Virus record (IMG/VR): IMGVR_UViG_3300035670_000197
Coordinates: 318 to 64,317 of that record
Reading direction: 5' to 3' (one strand)
Origin: a virus
Lineage: Duplodnaviria; Caudoviricetes
DNA length: 64,000 bases
Part shown: positions 1 through 8,649 of the stretch, in pieces
Layout of the letters: each line of letters opens with the position of its first letter
Position numbering within the stretch: the first letter of the stretch is position 1
Position numbers and translations under genes: made by a program
Notes under the pieces: model-generated
Seen by the model: the letters and a program-made list of their open reading frames with translations, nothing else
The model's database searches: none
Told to the model about the DNA's origin: nothing

Positions 1-1299
1 AAGTTCATCAACTGCTGGCTTAAACTCATTGAGAATAAACTTGACAAACTCTTGAGCTTCAGGTGAAAGCTTAGCTAGAGCCTGTTGGAATGCATTTGGA
101 CCGCCTCCAGCACCATCTTCAAGGTCTTTTAGGTCCTTCTTTGCTTCCTTAATCGCATCTTTTAGTGCTTGCTCCTCTTTTTGAAGCTGCTTGTCTAATC
201 CACCGCCAGGTGCAGCAAACTCTTCTGCTGCAGCAGTATCTTGTCTAGTCTTCGCAAGGTCTCTGTTGGTACGAGCAAGGTCAACAGAAGCATCTTCTTC
301 TGCTTGTAGAGCTTCAGCTCTTGCGTAAATAGCATCTTGAACTCGCTTAGAACCTTCAACTCCTGCCTTAGTAGCAGCAGCTTCTTCTTTCTTTAGGTCA
401 GAGTTGCGGTCAATAGCTTTACGAAGGTTTAGCTCTGCTTCAGCAAATGCGAGCTCTGCTTCTTGACGAGCACGAGAGTTTGGAGGAAGGTCTTGAACAC
501 GCTGGAGAGCATCGCGAGCTTTCTCAAACTCAAGTCGTGCCTTCTTTTCAGAGATAGCACCGCCCTCAAGCTCGAAACGAAGCTGTTGGATGGCTTCACG
601 AGCTTCTTCACGAGCTTTTGTAACATCTTCTAGAGCATCACGAGCTGCTTTTTGAGCTCTAAAGTAACTTCTTTCAGTTCTTTCAGCGCCAATGATTGCG
701 TCGGCAAGATTGTCTTGAGCATCTTGACTTCTTCGAGTTGCCTCGATTCGTCTTTGGTCTGCTTCTTCGTAAAACTCATCTAGTGCTTTTTTAGATTCTA
801 ATAATCTTTTTTGTGCAGCTTCGAGCTGCCGTGTGTTATTTGCTGCACCACCAGTTGCTCTTGAGCCAGCTGAGATAGCGTTTCCAACTCCACCAAAGGC
901 AAGACGAAGAACACCTGCTCCTTGAATTAATGCAGCAAACGCACCTCCAAGAGCAATAAGAGATGGCGCTGCAGCACCTGCAATAGTGGTTAGGGTCGCC
1001 AATCCAGCACCCAAAGAGCCCACTGCCCCCACAAGACCAGAAATTGCTGGCCCTAGGAAGAAACCTGTTTGAATAAGTCTGTTTAATGTTTTTCGTGCGG
1101 TTTCAGCTTCTCTTGCAAATTTACTATCAAAGAGCCCTCTAGAAGTTGCTCTTTGAAATCCACGAGAAAAGCTATTTCCGACATCATTACCAGCCCTATC
1201 GGCATCTCCAGAGACACCGTTGAGCTCTTTTTGGATATCGTCACGAACGCGGTTGGTGATGGCGCGGACGACAATATAAGCATCACCTACAACTGCCAC
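1..1299 (-). CDS. Tape measure protein, 5' part (runs off the left edge)
   Basis: GTG at 1299 after AAAGGAGG; reads MAVVGDAYIVVRAITNRVRDDIQKEL..., typical actinophage TMP N-terminus, then Ala/Gly-rich and coiled-coil sequence; follows tail chaperones. Confidence 0.85.
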   Translation of the reverse strand, partial: MAVVGDAYIVVRAITNRVRDDIQKELNGVSGDADRAGNDVGNSFSRGFQRATSRGLFDSKFAREAETARKTLNRLIQTGFFLGPAISGLVGAVGSLGAGLATLTTIAGAAAPSLIALGGAFAALIQGAGVLRLAFGGVGNAISAGSRATGGAANNTRQLEAAQKRLLESKKALDEFYEEADQRRIEATRRSQDAQDNLADAIIGAERTERSYFRAQKAARDALEDVTKAREEAREAIQQLRFELEGGAISEKKARLEFEKARDALQRVQDLPPNSRARQEAELAFAEAELNLRKAIDRNSDLKKEEAAATKAGVEGSKRVQDAIYARAEALQAEEDASVDLARTNRDLAKTRQDTAAAEEFAAPGGGLDKQLQKEEQALKDAIKEAKKDLKDLEDGAGGGPNAFQQALAKLSPEAQEFVKFILNEFKPAVDEL

Positions 1300-1319
1300 G
1301 CGCCATCACCTCCTTTCGT

Positions 1320-1781
1320 TTAGCCCAAAGGGGCGTCTAGTGTTCTTCCAAATGGCATTGGACTGTCGGGATTAAACTCGGTCGGAGGAACGTAGGGTTT
1401 TGTAACTTTCTTTACGGGGTCAGGGTCAAATTCATTGATTTCCTGTTCTCCGTAAAACCCTTCGTCTGGCAGCTTTCCTCCTCCAGCATTATAGTTTTTG
1501 CTGGAAGTAGTGAGTTTGTATTTGAACCGTACTCCGTATAGGTCTTCGTAAATGGTTGTTCGGACTGTCGATTTTGCTTCGACTTCCTCTGCTGTAGAGA
1601 CGAGAAGGTCATCTTCGAAGAAGTAATGGATTACATCCAACATCTCCGTACCTTCCATCTCAGCAATCTTCATCCCATGTACCAAGCCTTTTCCGTTAAC
1701 GTAAGGCCAGAGGTCTACTGCCCACTCGATGAGACTTCTGGCTGCTGCGTAGGGCGGCTTGAATACTCCTCCACGAGCCAT
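1320..1781 (-). CDS. Tail assembly chaperone downstream ORF (probable frameshift extension, lambda gpT-like)
   Basis: Overlaps end of 1715..2065 in the -1 frame; lies directly before the tape measure gene. Confidence 0.7.
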   Translation of the reverse strand: MARGGVFKPPYAAARSLIEWAVDLWPYVNGKGLVHGMKIAEMEGTEMLDVIHYFFEDDLLVSTAEEVEAKSTVRTTIYEDLYGVRFKYKLTTSSKNYNAGGGKLPDEGFYGEQEINEFDPDPVKKVTKPYVPPTEFNPDSPMPFGRTLDAPLG

Positions 1782-2065
1782 GCGGTGATTTCACCGAGGG
1801 TCTCGACCGTGACAATCTTGTCAGGATTTTCTAGAAGGGCATTAAACCGAACATAGCTCTCCTCTACGAGGCAAGCCTTAAAGAATTCTGTAATCGACTT
1901 GGCTACTCCAGCGCCGTCTTCACCCGTCGAATTAGCGACGATTGAAAGCAGGGTCTTTCCCTGAATAGTTGGGCGGCATTGGAATTCCTCATCGTGAATC
2001 TTGAAAGAGAGAGGAGTCTTATCGACCGCTCCACCGCTTCCAAAGTCCTTGAATCGGTTTGTCAT
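1715..2065 (-). CDS. Tail assembly chaperone (gpG-like)
   Basis: Position upstream of TMP; ends ...EEYSSRPTQQ, RPT motif at a candidate slip site. Confidence 0.75.
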   Translation of the reverse strand: MTNRFKDFGSGGAVDKTPLSFKIHDEEFQCRPTIQGKTLLSIVANSTGEDGAGVAKSITEFFKACLVEESYVRFNALLENPDKIVTVETLGEITAWLVEEYSSRPTQQPEVSSSGQ

Positions 2066-2122
2066 GGGGTTTCCATCCTTATCTGTGTGTCGTTGACTGT
2101 TCTTTATAGAACAACCATGTTG

Positions 2123-2518
2123 CTATTTTATCAATCTGAGGTTGTCTGTGAGATAGCGATTTGGTCTCGTGCCTGGGTGTCTTACCAAGTGCGCGAAGAC
2201 AATTTGCCCTCTCGTTTCGAACCTCAGAACTCCACCAACCCGATTTGGTCTAATTAGGTGTGGTCGAGTTCCTTCATGGTGCGCCCTTGCGTATGGCAAA
2301 GGCGAGCCAACCTTTATGTACTGCCCTCGGGGGTCACGGAAGTGGCGCATGTGAATTGATGACCGAAGTGCACCAGTTTGAACACCAACCTGCCTTTTCG
2401 CGGCTGCCTTGATAAGAGAGCCTTTTTTACTCAGGTAGCGTCCAACCTCACCGTTTGGGTTGTTGAGATAAAAATCAAGTCTTTTTTCTCGAAACTTGAC
2501 TATGACATTGCGAGCCAT
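2123..2518 (-). CDS. HK97 gp10-like tail completion/neck protein
   Basis: Basic; VQTGALRSSI, YARAHHEGTRPH, HPGTRPNRYL motifs typical of this family. Confidence 0.75.
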   Translation of the reverse strand: MARNVIVKFREKRLDFYLNNPNGEVGRYLSKKGSLIKAAAKRQVGVQTGALRSSIHMRHFRDPRGQYIKVGSPLPYARAHHEGTRPHLIRPNRVGGVLRFETRGQIVFAHLVRHPGTRPNRYLTDNLRLIK

Positions 2519-3024
2519 TACGGCACCGCCATAGTGATAGTCATGCGGACATTTTGAAAGCCACCTTCTGGACCTTCAGCATCTACAGTTGCGATTACAC
2601 CAAGACCAAAAGCTCCGTTTCCAGCCCAAGAGTCGAAGTTGTTTACACTTTCCATCAAAATCCATGCGTCGTAGGCAGCAACCTTTGCGGCATCTTCAAT
2701 AGCCTGAGCACTAGGTGGTTGACCATTCGGCCCAACAATAGGAACTGCGCGAGAAACAGTGATGTTGAGTGTTGCGCTTCGTGGGTCGTGGCAACGACGA
2801 GGCTCTGTTGCCTCATCACCTGGAACCCCGATATACATCTGAATAAGAGAAACAACTAGCTGTTCGCAGTCCACTGCTGGGGGAGCAAAGTTCCAGTACC
2901 GCTTTGATGGAAGCGGCATGTTGTACGAGTTGTAAGTTTGCTCAACCCTATCTAGAACGTCTTGGAGGAAGACAGCCAAGTTTTTGGCATCATCTGATAC
3001 GTTCCTTACGTCTGCTAGTCCCAT
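2518..3024 (-). CDS. Probable tail terminator
   Basis: Synteny; ...DCEQLVVS...GPEGGF...ITMAV pattern of actinophage terminators. Confidence 0.55.
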   Translation of the reverse strand: MGLADVRNVSDDAKNLAVFLQDVLDRVEQTYNSYNMPLPSKRYWNFAPPAVDCEQLVVSLIQMYIGVPGDEATEPRRCHDPRSATLNITVSRAVPIVGPNGQPPSAQAIEDAAKVAAYDAWILMESVNNFDSWAGNGAFGLGVIATVDAEGPEGGFQNVRMTITMAVP

Positions 3025-3045
3025 GTCATTTACCTCTCTAGTCTC

Positions 3046-4185
3046 TTACACAATCGCAATCGGTGTTACTCGTTCTCCAAGTTGGTAGATGACATTTGCT
3101 GTCAAGAGGTTAATTACCTCGTCTACCTCTGGGTTACCAAGACTTGGCCTGCTTGCGTACAAGTCAATTGTGCCAGGGTCACGGGGGCCTAATACGGAGA
3201 GAATCTCCGAGTATGAAAGGCTAAGTCTGATTGTTCCTTCAACTCTGTCAAGAACTGCAGCGGTTTCATATTGCTTTGAAACGGTGTTGAGGTAGTTATT
3301 TACTACTGCATAGACGGTCCAAGCAGAGTCGTTCTGTAGGAAGTCCCCACCAAACTCGCTGAGATAATAAACGTTTGTTCCACCATTTGCGTTGAAATAC
3401 AAGTCGTATGCACTTAGCTCAAACATTGGGCTGTGGCCTTGAATACGACGAGCCCTATTTGAATCAGGGGAAAATACGCGAGCGCGGGCACGAGCTTTAT
3501 CTGGGTTCGCTGTCTTAAGAAACAGGTCAACTGCGTAGATGCCTGTACGAAGCTCGTCAACAAAGTCTTGGTTGTCGAGGATTGTGTATGTAACACCTTG
3601 ACGAACTACAGAAGTGACACGCTGGGGTAGAGCACAGGTGTCATCATTTTCAAAAAGTTTTACTAGCTCAGTGGCTAGAATACGAGCGGCAGCTTTACCA
3701 GCCTCTGGTGGCGGAGAGCCATAAGTGTAGGTAACTTCTACGTTTGAAGCATTCCAGTTGGCGTTGGATGTTCCGTAGATTGTTGAGTGGTCTGCTAAAT
3801 AGTAAGTAGACGGGTCAATAATGTTCCCGTCGCTATCACGAAGAGTGTGAACAGCAACAACTTTGCGCCCACGCAAGCGAACTCTTGTAGATGAGTTCGT
3901 ACCGTCACCGAGGAAGTCGTGGTTCGAGTAACGACCGAACCCTCCAGAAGCGACGTTTTCGACTTGTCCATCAATAAGTTGCGGCGTGTAGGTAAGCCGA
4001 GCTGCTCCTGCTCGTAGATAGGGGTCGTATGCTGAGACATAACGCTCTGTAACTCTTGTGATACCAGAGAACTTTCGTCCTGACATTCCCCACAAAAGAT
4101 ATGAAGCTGTTTTTACGGCGTCGTAGGCGTAGTCAGAATCCGCATAAACACCCAACTCCTCGGTGTCTGTCCACAGATTGCTCAT
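3046..4185 (-). CDS. Head-to-tail adaptor with C-terminal extension
   Basis: LWGMSGRKFSG, VTYTYGSPPP, CALPQRVTSVVRQGVT motifs; synteny. Confidence 0.75.
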   Translation of the reverse strand: MSNLWTDTEELGVYADSDYAYDAVKTASYLLWGMSGRKFSGITRVTERYVSAYDPYLRAGAARLTYTPQLIDGQVENVASGGFGRYSNHDFLGDGTNSSTRVRLRGRKVVAVHTLRDSDGNIIDPSTYYLADHSTIYGTSNANWNASNVEVTYTYGSPPPEAGKAAARILATELVKLFENDDTCALPQRVTSVVRQGVTYTILDNQDFVDELRTGIYAVDLFLKTANPDKARARARVFSPDSNRARRIQGHSPMFELSAYDLYFNANGGTNVYYLSEFGGDFLQNDSAWTVYAVVNNYLNTVSKQYETAAVLDRVEGTIRLSLSYSEILSVLGPRDPGTIDLYASRPSLGNPEVDEVINLLTANVIYQLGERVTPIAIV

Positions 4186-4222
4186 TACGTCGCCTCTCTT
4201 TATCTAACTCCTAAAACTAATT

Positions 4223-4274
4223 GAGGCGGGCAGGGCCAGAGTGCAGGACACCCGTGGCACTCTGCCCGCCCCTC
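4223..4274. terminator. GC-rich hairpin downstream of the major tail gene
   Basis: GAGGCGGGCAG...CTGCCCGCCCCTC inverted repeat. Confidence 0.5.
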
Positions 4275-4281
4275 TTAGCTA

Positions 4282-5328
4282 CTAGGAAGTTGGGTCCTCA
4301 GACGATGCGATGATGAAATCAATCGGTAGGTCTGGGTTGTAGTCATCCGCACCTGGGACGTTGTAGCTGCTTGTTGAGCCTTGGCTGTCGAAGTCAGACA
4401 CTGAGAGGTATCCACGGTTGCGGATTACGTCTCCAGCAGGGGTAACTGGTGTGCTTGCAACATCAGCCGCTGTCTTAGAGAAGCGGAATGAAGTTGTGCT
4501 TGGTACTGCCGTGATTGTGTAGGTTCCGTTGAATGTTGCGTCAACGCCAGCGATTGTCACGCTCTGACCCACCTCGAATCCATGTGCTGTACCTGTAGTA
4601 ACTGTTGCAACGTTAGAGGTAAGGCTCTTGTTGGTCACAGTGTTGCTAGCAACATCGAACCAGCGGTAGAAGCCCTTGAGCCCCTCAGGAGCCCATGTAC
4701 CACGGGCGTAGCTGTAAGGACGCTCTGTTGCAATTGGGTACTCCCAGCGACCGTCAAGGCCAGAAGCGAACTGAACGTTTCCAAGGCCATAGCCTTCGAA
4801 GGTGTTCGCAAGCAGACCGTTTTCAATAACACGGTCACCGCTCTGACGTAGCTTGGCGTATGGGAAAACCCAGTAGAAATATGGGAGTGAAGTATCGCGC
4901 TTGCCATCCTTTACGGCGAAGGACCAAACTTCGATAGAGACTCCATTGCCTGAAGGGTCGTCACCTACGTTAGGTGCAGCCCAACCAATGCTCTTGTTGT
5001 CTGGGGAAGCGAATGAACCGAAGTTCTTGCGAAGTAGCAAGCCACCTGACATAAGAGCAGTTAGCTCAGGGTCAGGCTCGCAAATCGCGACCTCCATGGT
5101 AATTCGCTTGAGGGTGTCAGGTGCTTTGTAAGACACGCAAATGGTGCCGTCAGCTGACTTCTCAACAATTTCGTCACCCTCTTCATATTCAGGGGTGAAT
5201 GATGCGCGTAGAAACGCCGAGGTGGTGTAGCTGTCGCCTGGTCCGTTGAGCAGGTTACCAGCGGCGTCCAGTCGAGTGACTCGAATCGCCACACCTTGGA
5301 CGCTAGCCGCATAGTCTTGTGTAGCCAT
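4282..5328 (-). CDS. Major tail protein with inserted C-terminal beta domain
   Basis: IRVTRLDAAG...EYEEGDEIVEKSADGTICV...CEPDPEL signature of cluster-B-type tail tube proteins; extra AHGFEVGQSVTIAGV...FNGTYTIT module. Confidence 0.85.
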   Translation of the reverse strand: MATQDYAASVQGVAIRVTRLDAAGNLLNGPGDSYTTSAFLRASFTPEYEEGDEIVEKSADGTICVSYKAPDTLKRITMEVAICEPDPELTALMSGGLLLRKNFGSFASPDNKSIGWAAPNVGDDPSGNGVSIEVWSFAVKDGKRDTSLPYFYWVFPYAKLRQSGDRVIENGLLANTFEGYGLGNVQFASGLDGRWEYPIATERPYSYARGTWAPEGLKGFYRWFDVASNTVTNKSLTSNVATVTTGTAHGFEVGQSVTIAGVDATFNGTYTITAVPSTTSFRFSKTAADVASTPVTPAGDVIRNRGYLSVSDFDSQGSTSSYNVPGADDYNPDLPIDFIIASSEDPTS

Positions 5329-5360
5329 TCCAGTGTGCTCCTTAGTTTTGGTAGTGGGGC

Positions 5361-6257
5361 TTAGTCGCTAGGAAGTGTCACTCGCATTGCGAAATGCATC
5401 GAGGGGTCTGCATAAACCGCAGCGGGGCGGAATGCTTTAATCCTCATGTTGTTTATTGTAACATCTGCGCCTTGTGCCAAGTTCTCGTTTACAATCTCGA
5501 CTTTGCCGAGGTGCACATCTACTTGACCTGTTGCATACATCCACTTGTTAGTGGCTGATGCAGCTGCGTTCGTGTCTCCAATAGGGCCGTTGCCTGTGTA
5601 TCCAGAACCAATAACAACATCTGTTCCTAGACGAGTCATTGCTCGACCAAAACTTTCGTCGTCACCCTTCTTATACACAAGACGAGAGCCAAGAATTGAG
5701 GCTACGTCTCGTGTCATGTGAATGACCCCCTTCTCACCTGTAGGTGATTCGGAGATTGCTTGTTCTAGAATCATCAGGGCGTTCTCTGGCTTTTTAGCAC
5801 CAGAAACAGGGACAGTCACGGTGGACGCCTTACGCAGATACATGTTGGATGTATCTGGGTCAGGAGCTTGAGCGGCTAGCCCTTCCCAAAATTCTCGTTC
5901 AACTGCCTTTTGTGTGGCTGCCTCTAGCGCGGCAACCACTTGAGCAAATCGGTCTTCACCAGGAAGACTGAAAGTTGAATCAAAAAGCTCTGCGTCAACG
6001 TAGAAGGGAGTGTACTCAAGATAAGTCTGGTCGCCCTGATTATCTGAGAGTGTTCCGTTTGTAACTACTTCATCGTTGACAGTTAGTAGACGAATGTATG
6101 ACGGAAGAGAGTTTGTCTCCTGTGATAGGTGACGAATCCACCTCTCGTCATATTCCCGTCCAGTGTGTTTCATCACACGAGCGACGCTCAGGATGCCGCA
6201 GGGTGCTGGAACTAACTCGTTCGCTGGATAAACTCCTTTGAATGTTGCCATTTCCAA
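5361..6257 (-). CDS. Second capsid protein (probable major capsid pentamer protein)
   Basis: Between major capsid and major tail genes; GVIHM...TRLGTDVVIGSGY...WMYATG pattern. Confidence 0.6.
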   Translation of the reverse strand: MEMATFKGVYPANELVPAPCGILSVARVMKHTGREYDERWIRHLSQETNSLPSYIRLLTVNDEVVTNGTLSDNQGDQTYLEYTPFYVDAELFDSTFSLPGEDRFAQVVAALEAATQKAVEREFWEGLAAQAPDPDTSNMYLRKASTVTVPVSGAKKPENALMILEQAISESPTGEKGVIHMTRDVASILGSRLVYKKGDDESFGRAMTRLGTDVVIGSGYTGNGPIGDTNAAASATNKWMYATGQVDVHLGKVEIVNENLAQGADVTINNMRIKAFRPAAVYADPSMHFAMRVTLPSD

Positions 6258-6312
6258 TATCTCCTTAGCTTCTCTGAGCGTCGCCCGTTGTGACTACTTG
6301 TTGACTATCGGC

Positions 6313-8478
6313 TTAGTACTCGATAGCGGCTGCGGTTGCGCCACCAGTGGTGTCACGCAGTGCGGCTGCAACACCGTTGACCGAGATGGTCGAGGTGATT
6401 GCGAGGCCCTCAACGCCGACCTTGGCAACACCCTCGAAGGTCTCAACGAACATCTTGTAGTCGTTGGTACCAACAAGGCTGGAGTCACGGATGATACCGA
6501 GGTCCAGAGTGCCACCGTCTAGGAAGAGGAAGGTGCCCTCAGCGAACAGATACCAAGTGAAGGAATCTGCGAACTCGTTGAGTGCGCCAGTGCTCTGTGC
6601 ACCGTAGACGTTTTGGTCAAGGCTGTAGCTGGCAACTACACCGCGTGAAGCGAGGTAGCCATCAATTTCAGCGTATGCATTGAGTGTGTTGTCACCAGGC
6701 ATTGCGAGAGCAAGGTCAGCAGCCATTGCATCCTTCACCCAAGCTGGGAGAATCATGCGAAGTGGTGCGTCTGCCTCAAGGCGGTGACGGGAGCGGTACG
6801 CAGCAGCAGCGCGACCAACCTGAACGAGCATGTCGCGACCGAAGCCGATAAGGCTTGTGGTGGTCACGGCTGTCGAACCAGCTGCAATCTTGCTGAGTAG
6901 GTACTGCTCGGCCTCACGAGCGTGCTGAATCAGACCAAGCTCGTTGTGGCGAGCGATTAGTTCTGGGTATGCACGGGTTGCAAGGTTACCGAACTGCATT
7001 TGGAGAGTCACAGCGTCGGTAGCGACGGTGTTCTCCGCTGCAGCAGCCACTGTCAGGCTTGTCTTCGAAGCTGGGCTTGGTGTCTCAGCTGCATCGTTAG
7101 CAGCTGTCCAAACACCAACAGCGTCGGCGTAGTCTGAAAGGACTGGGGGTGTTACGAAGCGGATACCGCCACGGTCAGCTTGGAAACGGGGCAGCGCGTC
7201 ACGAACTGGACGAGCTGTTGTTCCGAATCCGAAGATGTCGTAACGTGCTTCGAAAGGAGCAACGTGTCCACCAGCAGCGGTAATGGCTGCAGGTGAAACA
7301 AGGTTCTGAATCTTCTCCCAGTTGCTCTGTGCATCTTGGGTGAGGGTTCGCTCCTCTGGGAATGAAGTGGTGACTGAAGCAACAATGTGCTGTTCACCAT
7401 CTCCACCATTCACACGACGTAGCGCGTGAATGCGCTTTGCCATAGCCTCAGCTACGGCGTTCATGTCTTCTAGAGGGCTGCCTGCTGTGTAACCAGGGAT
7501 ATCAGCACCTGCCGTGATAGCCACGGGCGCGGCTGACTCCTTGACTTCCAGACGGCGGTCCTCCGGGACCTCGATGTCGAGGTTATCTGCGTTTGCAGCG
7601 GCGGTCACGGGTGCCTCCATGGTTTCTTGAGCGGGTTGCTCAGTTGATGTTTCTTTAATTGCAGCCTCTGCATCTTCAGAAACTTCAGCAGCAGCATCCT
7701 CTTCAGAGTCGGAAGCTTCAGCAGCCTCGTCCTCCTCGGAAGAAGCCTCAGCTGTGGCCTCTTTTTCTACAGAAGCTTCTGCTACTGCATCGTCGTCCAC
7801 AGAAGCTTCGGCTTCAACAGCCTCGTCCTCAGGGTCGTCTTCAACAGAAGCGGTGATTGCTTCCTCGGCAACTTGTGCCTCGGTTGGCGTATCTTCGGCG
7901 GAAGCCTCAGAAACGGTGTCAGTCTCAGTCGAGAGTTCAGCGGATTTCTCCACTTCAGCAGACGCTTCAGACATTTTCTTCTTCTCCTCTTCGTCCTCGG
8001 CTTTAGGGGCTTCGGCATCGGGTGCGGGCTCGGCTGGGGCCTCAGAATCGGCGGGAGCCTCTTCCTTGTCCTCTGCCATTGGAGTTGCAGGAGCTTCTGC
8101 CTCAGGCTTCATTTCCTCATCGTCCTTTGCCATAGCGGCTTCGGATTCTGGGGCTTCTTCAGCCATTGGCTTCTTTTCCTCATCGGACTCCATGCCCTCT
8201 GAAGATTCATCTGACTTTTCGCCATCTTGCCCATAAACACGAGACGCGGCCTCAGCGGCCCGCTGGGCGAGCTCCTCGACTGCGGCTTCGCGCTGCTTGA
8301 GTTCCGAACGAACGGAGTCAAGCATGTCGGCAAGCGACGTCATAGCATCAACTGTTTCAGGAGAGGGGTCTTCCTTCTCGACCGATTCAAATTCGCTGAT
8401 GATAGCTGTCTGAAGCTCGGCAACTTGTGCGTCGTCAAGCTGAGACAACTGGTCCATCATCTCCTTAATACGGTCCAC
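6313..8478 (-). CDS. Major capsid (hexamer) protein with long acidic N-terminal scaffold region
   Basis: AITAAGGHVAPFEARYD...RGGIRF...AYPELIA...GTLDLGIIRDSSL...NDYKMFVETFEG; about 300 aa Glu/Ala-rich leader. Confidence 0.88.
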   Translation of the reverse strand: MDRIKEMMDQLSQLDDAQVAELQTAIISEFESVEKEDPSPETVDAMTSLADMLDSVRSELKQREAAVEELAQRAAEAASRVYGQDGEKSDESSEGMESDEEKKPMAEEAPESEAAMAKDDEEMKPEAEAPATPMAEDKEEAPADSEAPAEPAPDAEAPKAEDEEEKKKMSEASAEVEKSAELSTETDTVSEASAEDTPTEAQVAEEAITASVEDDPEDEAVEAEASVDDDAVAEASVEKEATAEASSEEDEAAEASDSEEDAAAEVSEDAEAAIKETSTEQPAQETMEAPVTAAANADNLDIEVPEDRRLEVKESAAPVAITAGADIPGYTAGSPLEDMNAVAEAMAKRIHALRRVNGGDGEQHIVASVTTSFPEERTLTQDAQSNWEKIQNLVSPAAITAAGGHVAPFEARYDIFGFGTTARPVRDALPRFQADRGGIRFVTPPVLSDYADAVGVWTAANDAAETPSPASKTSLTVAAAAENTVATDAVTLQMQFGNLATRAYPELIARHNELGLIQHAREAEQYLLSKIAAGSTAVTTTSLIGFGRDMLVQVGRAAAAYRSRHRLEADAPLRMILPAWVKDAMAADLALAMPGDNTLNAYAEIDGYLASRGVVASYSLDQNVYGAQSTGALNEFADSFTWYLFAEGTFLFLDGGTLDLGIIRDSSLVGTNDYKMFVETFEGVAKVGVEGLAITSTISVNGVAAALRDTTGGATAAAIEY

Positions 8479-8649
8479 TGTCCCTCCTTAGGGCAGTTAG
8501 GTAAGAACACGAATGTTCTATGTTCTTTCGCTGATGAGTCGAGGCCGAGGGACTCCGATACGCATGGTGCGTGGAGGCACTCCACCTAGATAGAATGTTA
8601 CATAATCCCCGGAAGGGTGATTGTACGATTTTGATGCTCTTTCTGGTTC

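Noticed and set aside
4238-4249. AGAGTGCAGGA in the hairpin loop after the major tail gene, matching the early promoter box
   Set aside because: Only a partial match, no -35/-10 context; may be chance
8528-8565. CTGATGAG followed by a GTC/GAC stem, resembling a hammerhead ribozyme core
   Set aside because: The required GAAA after stem II is absent (TCCGA) and it lies antisense to the capsid leader
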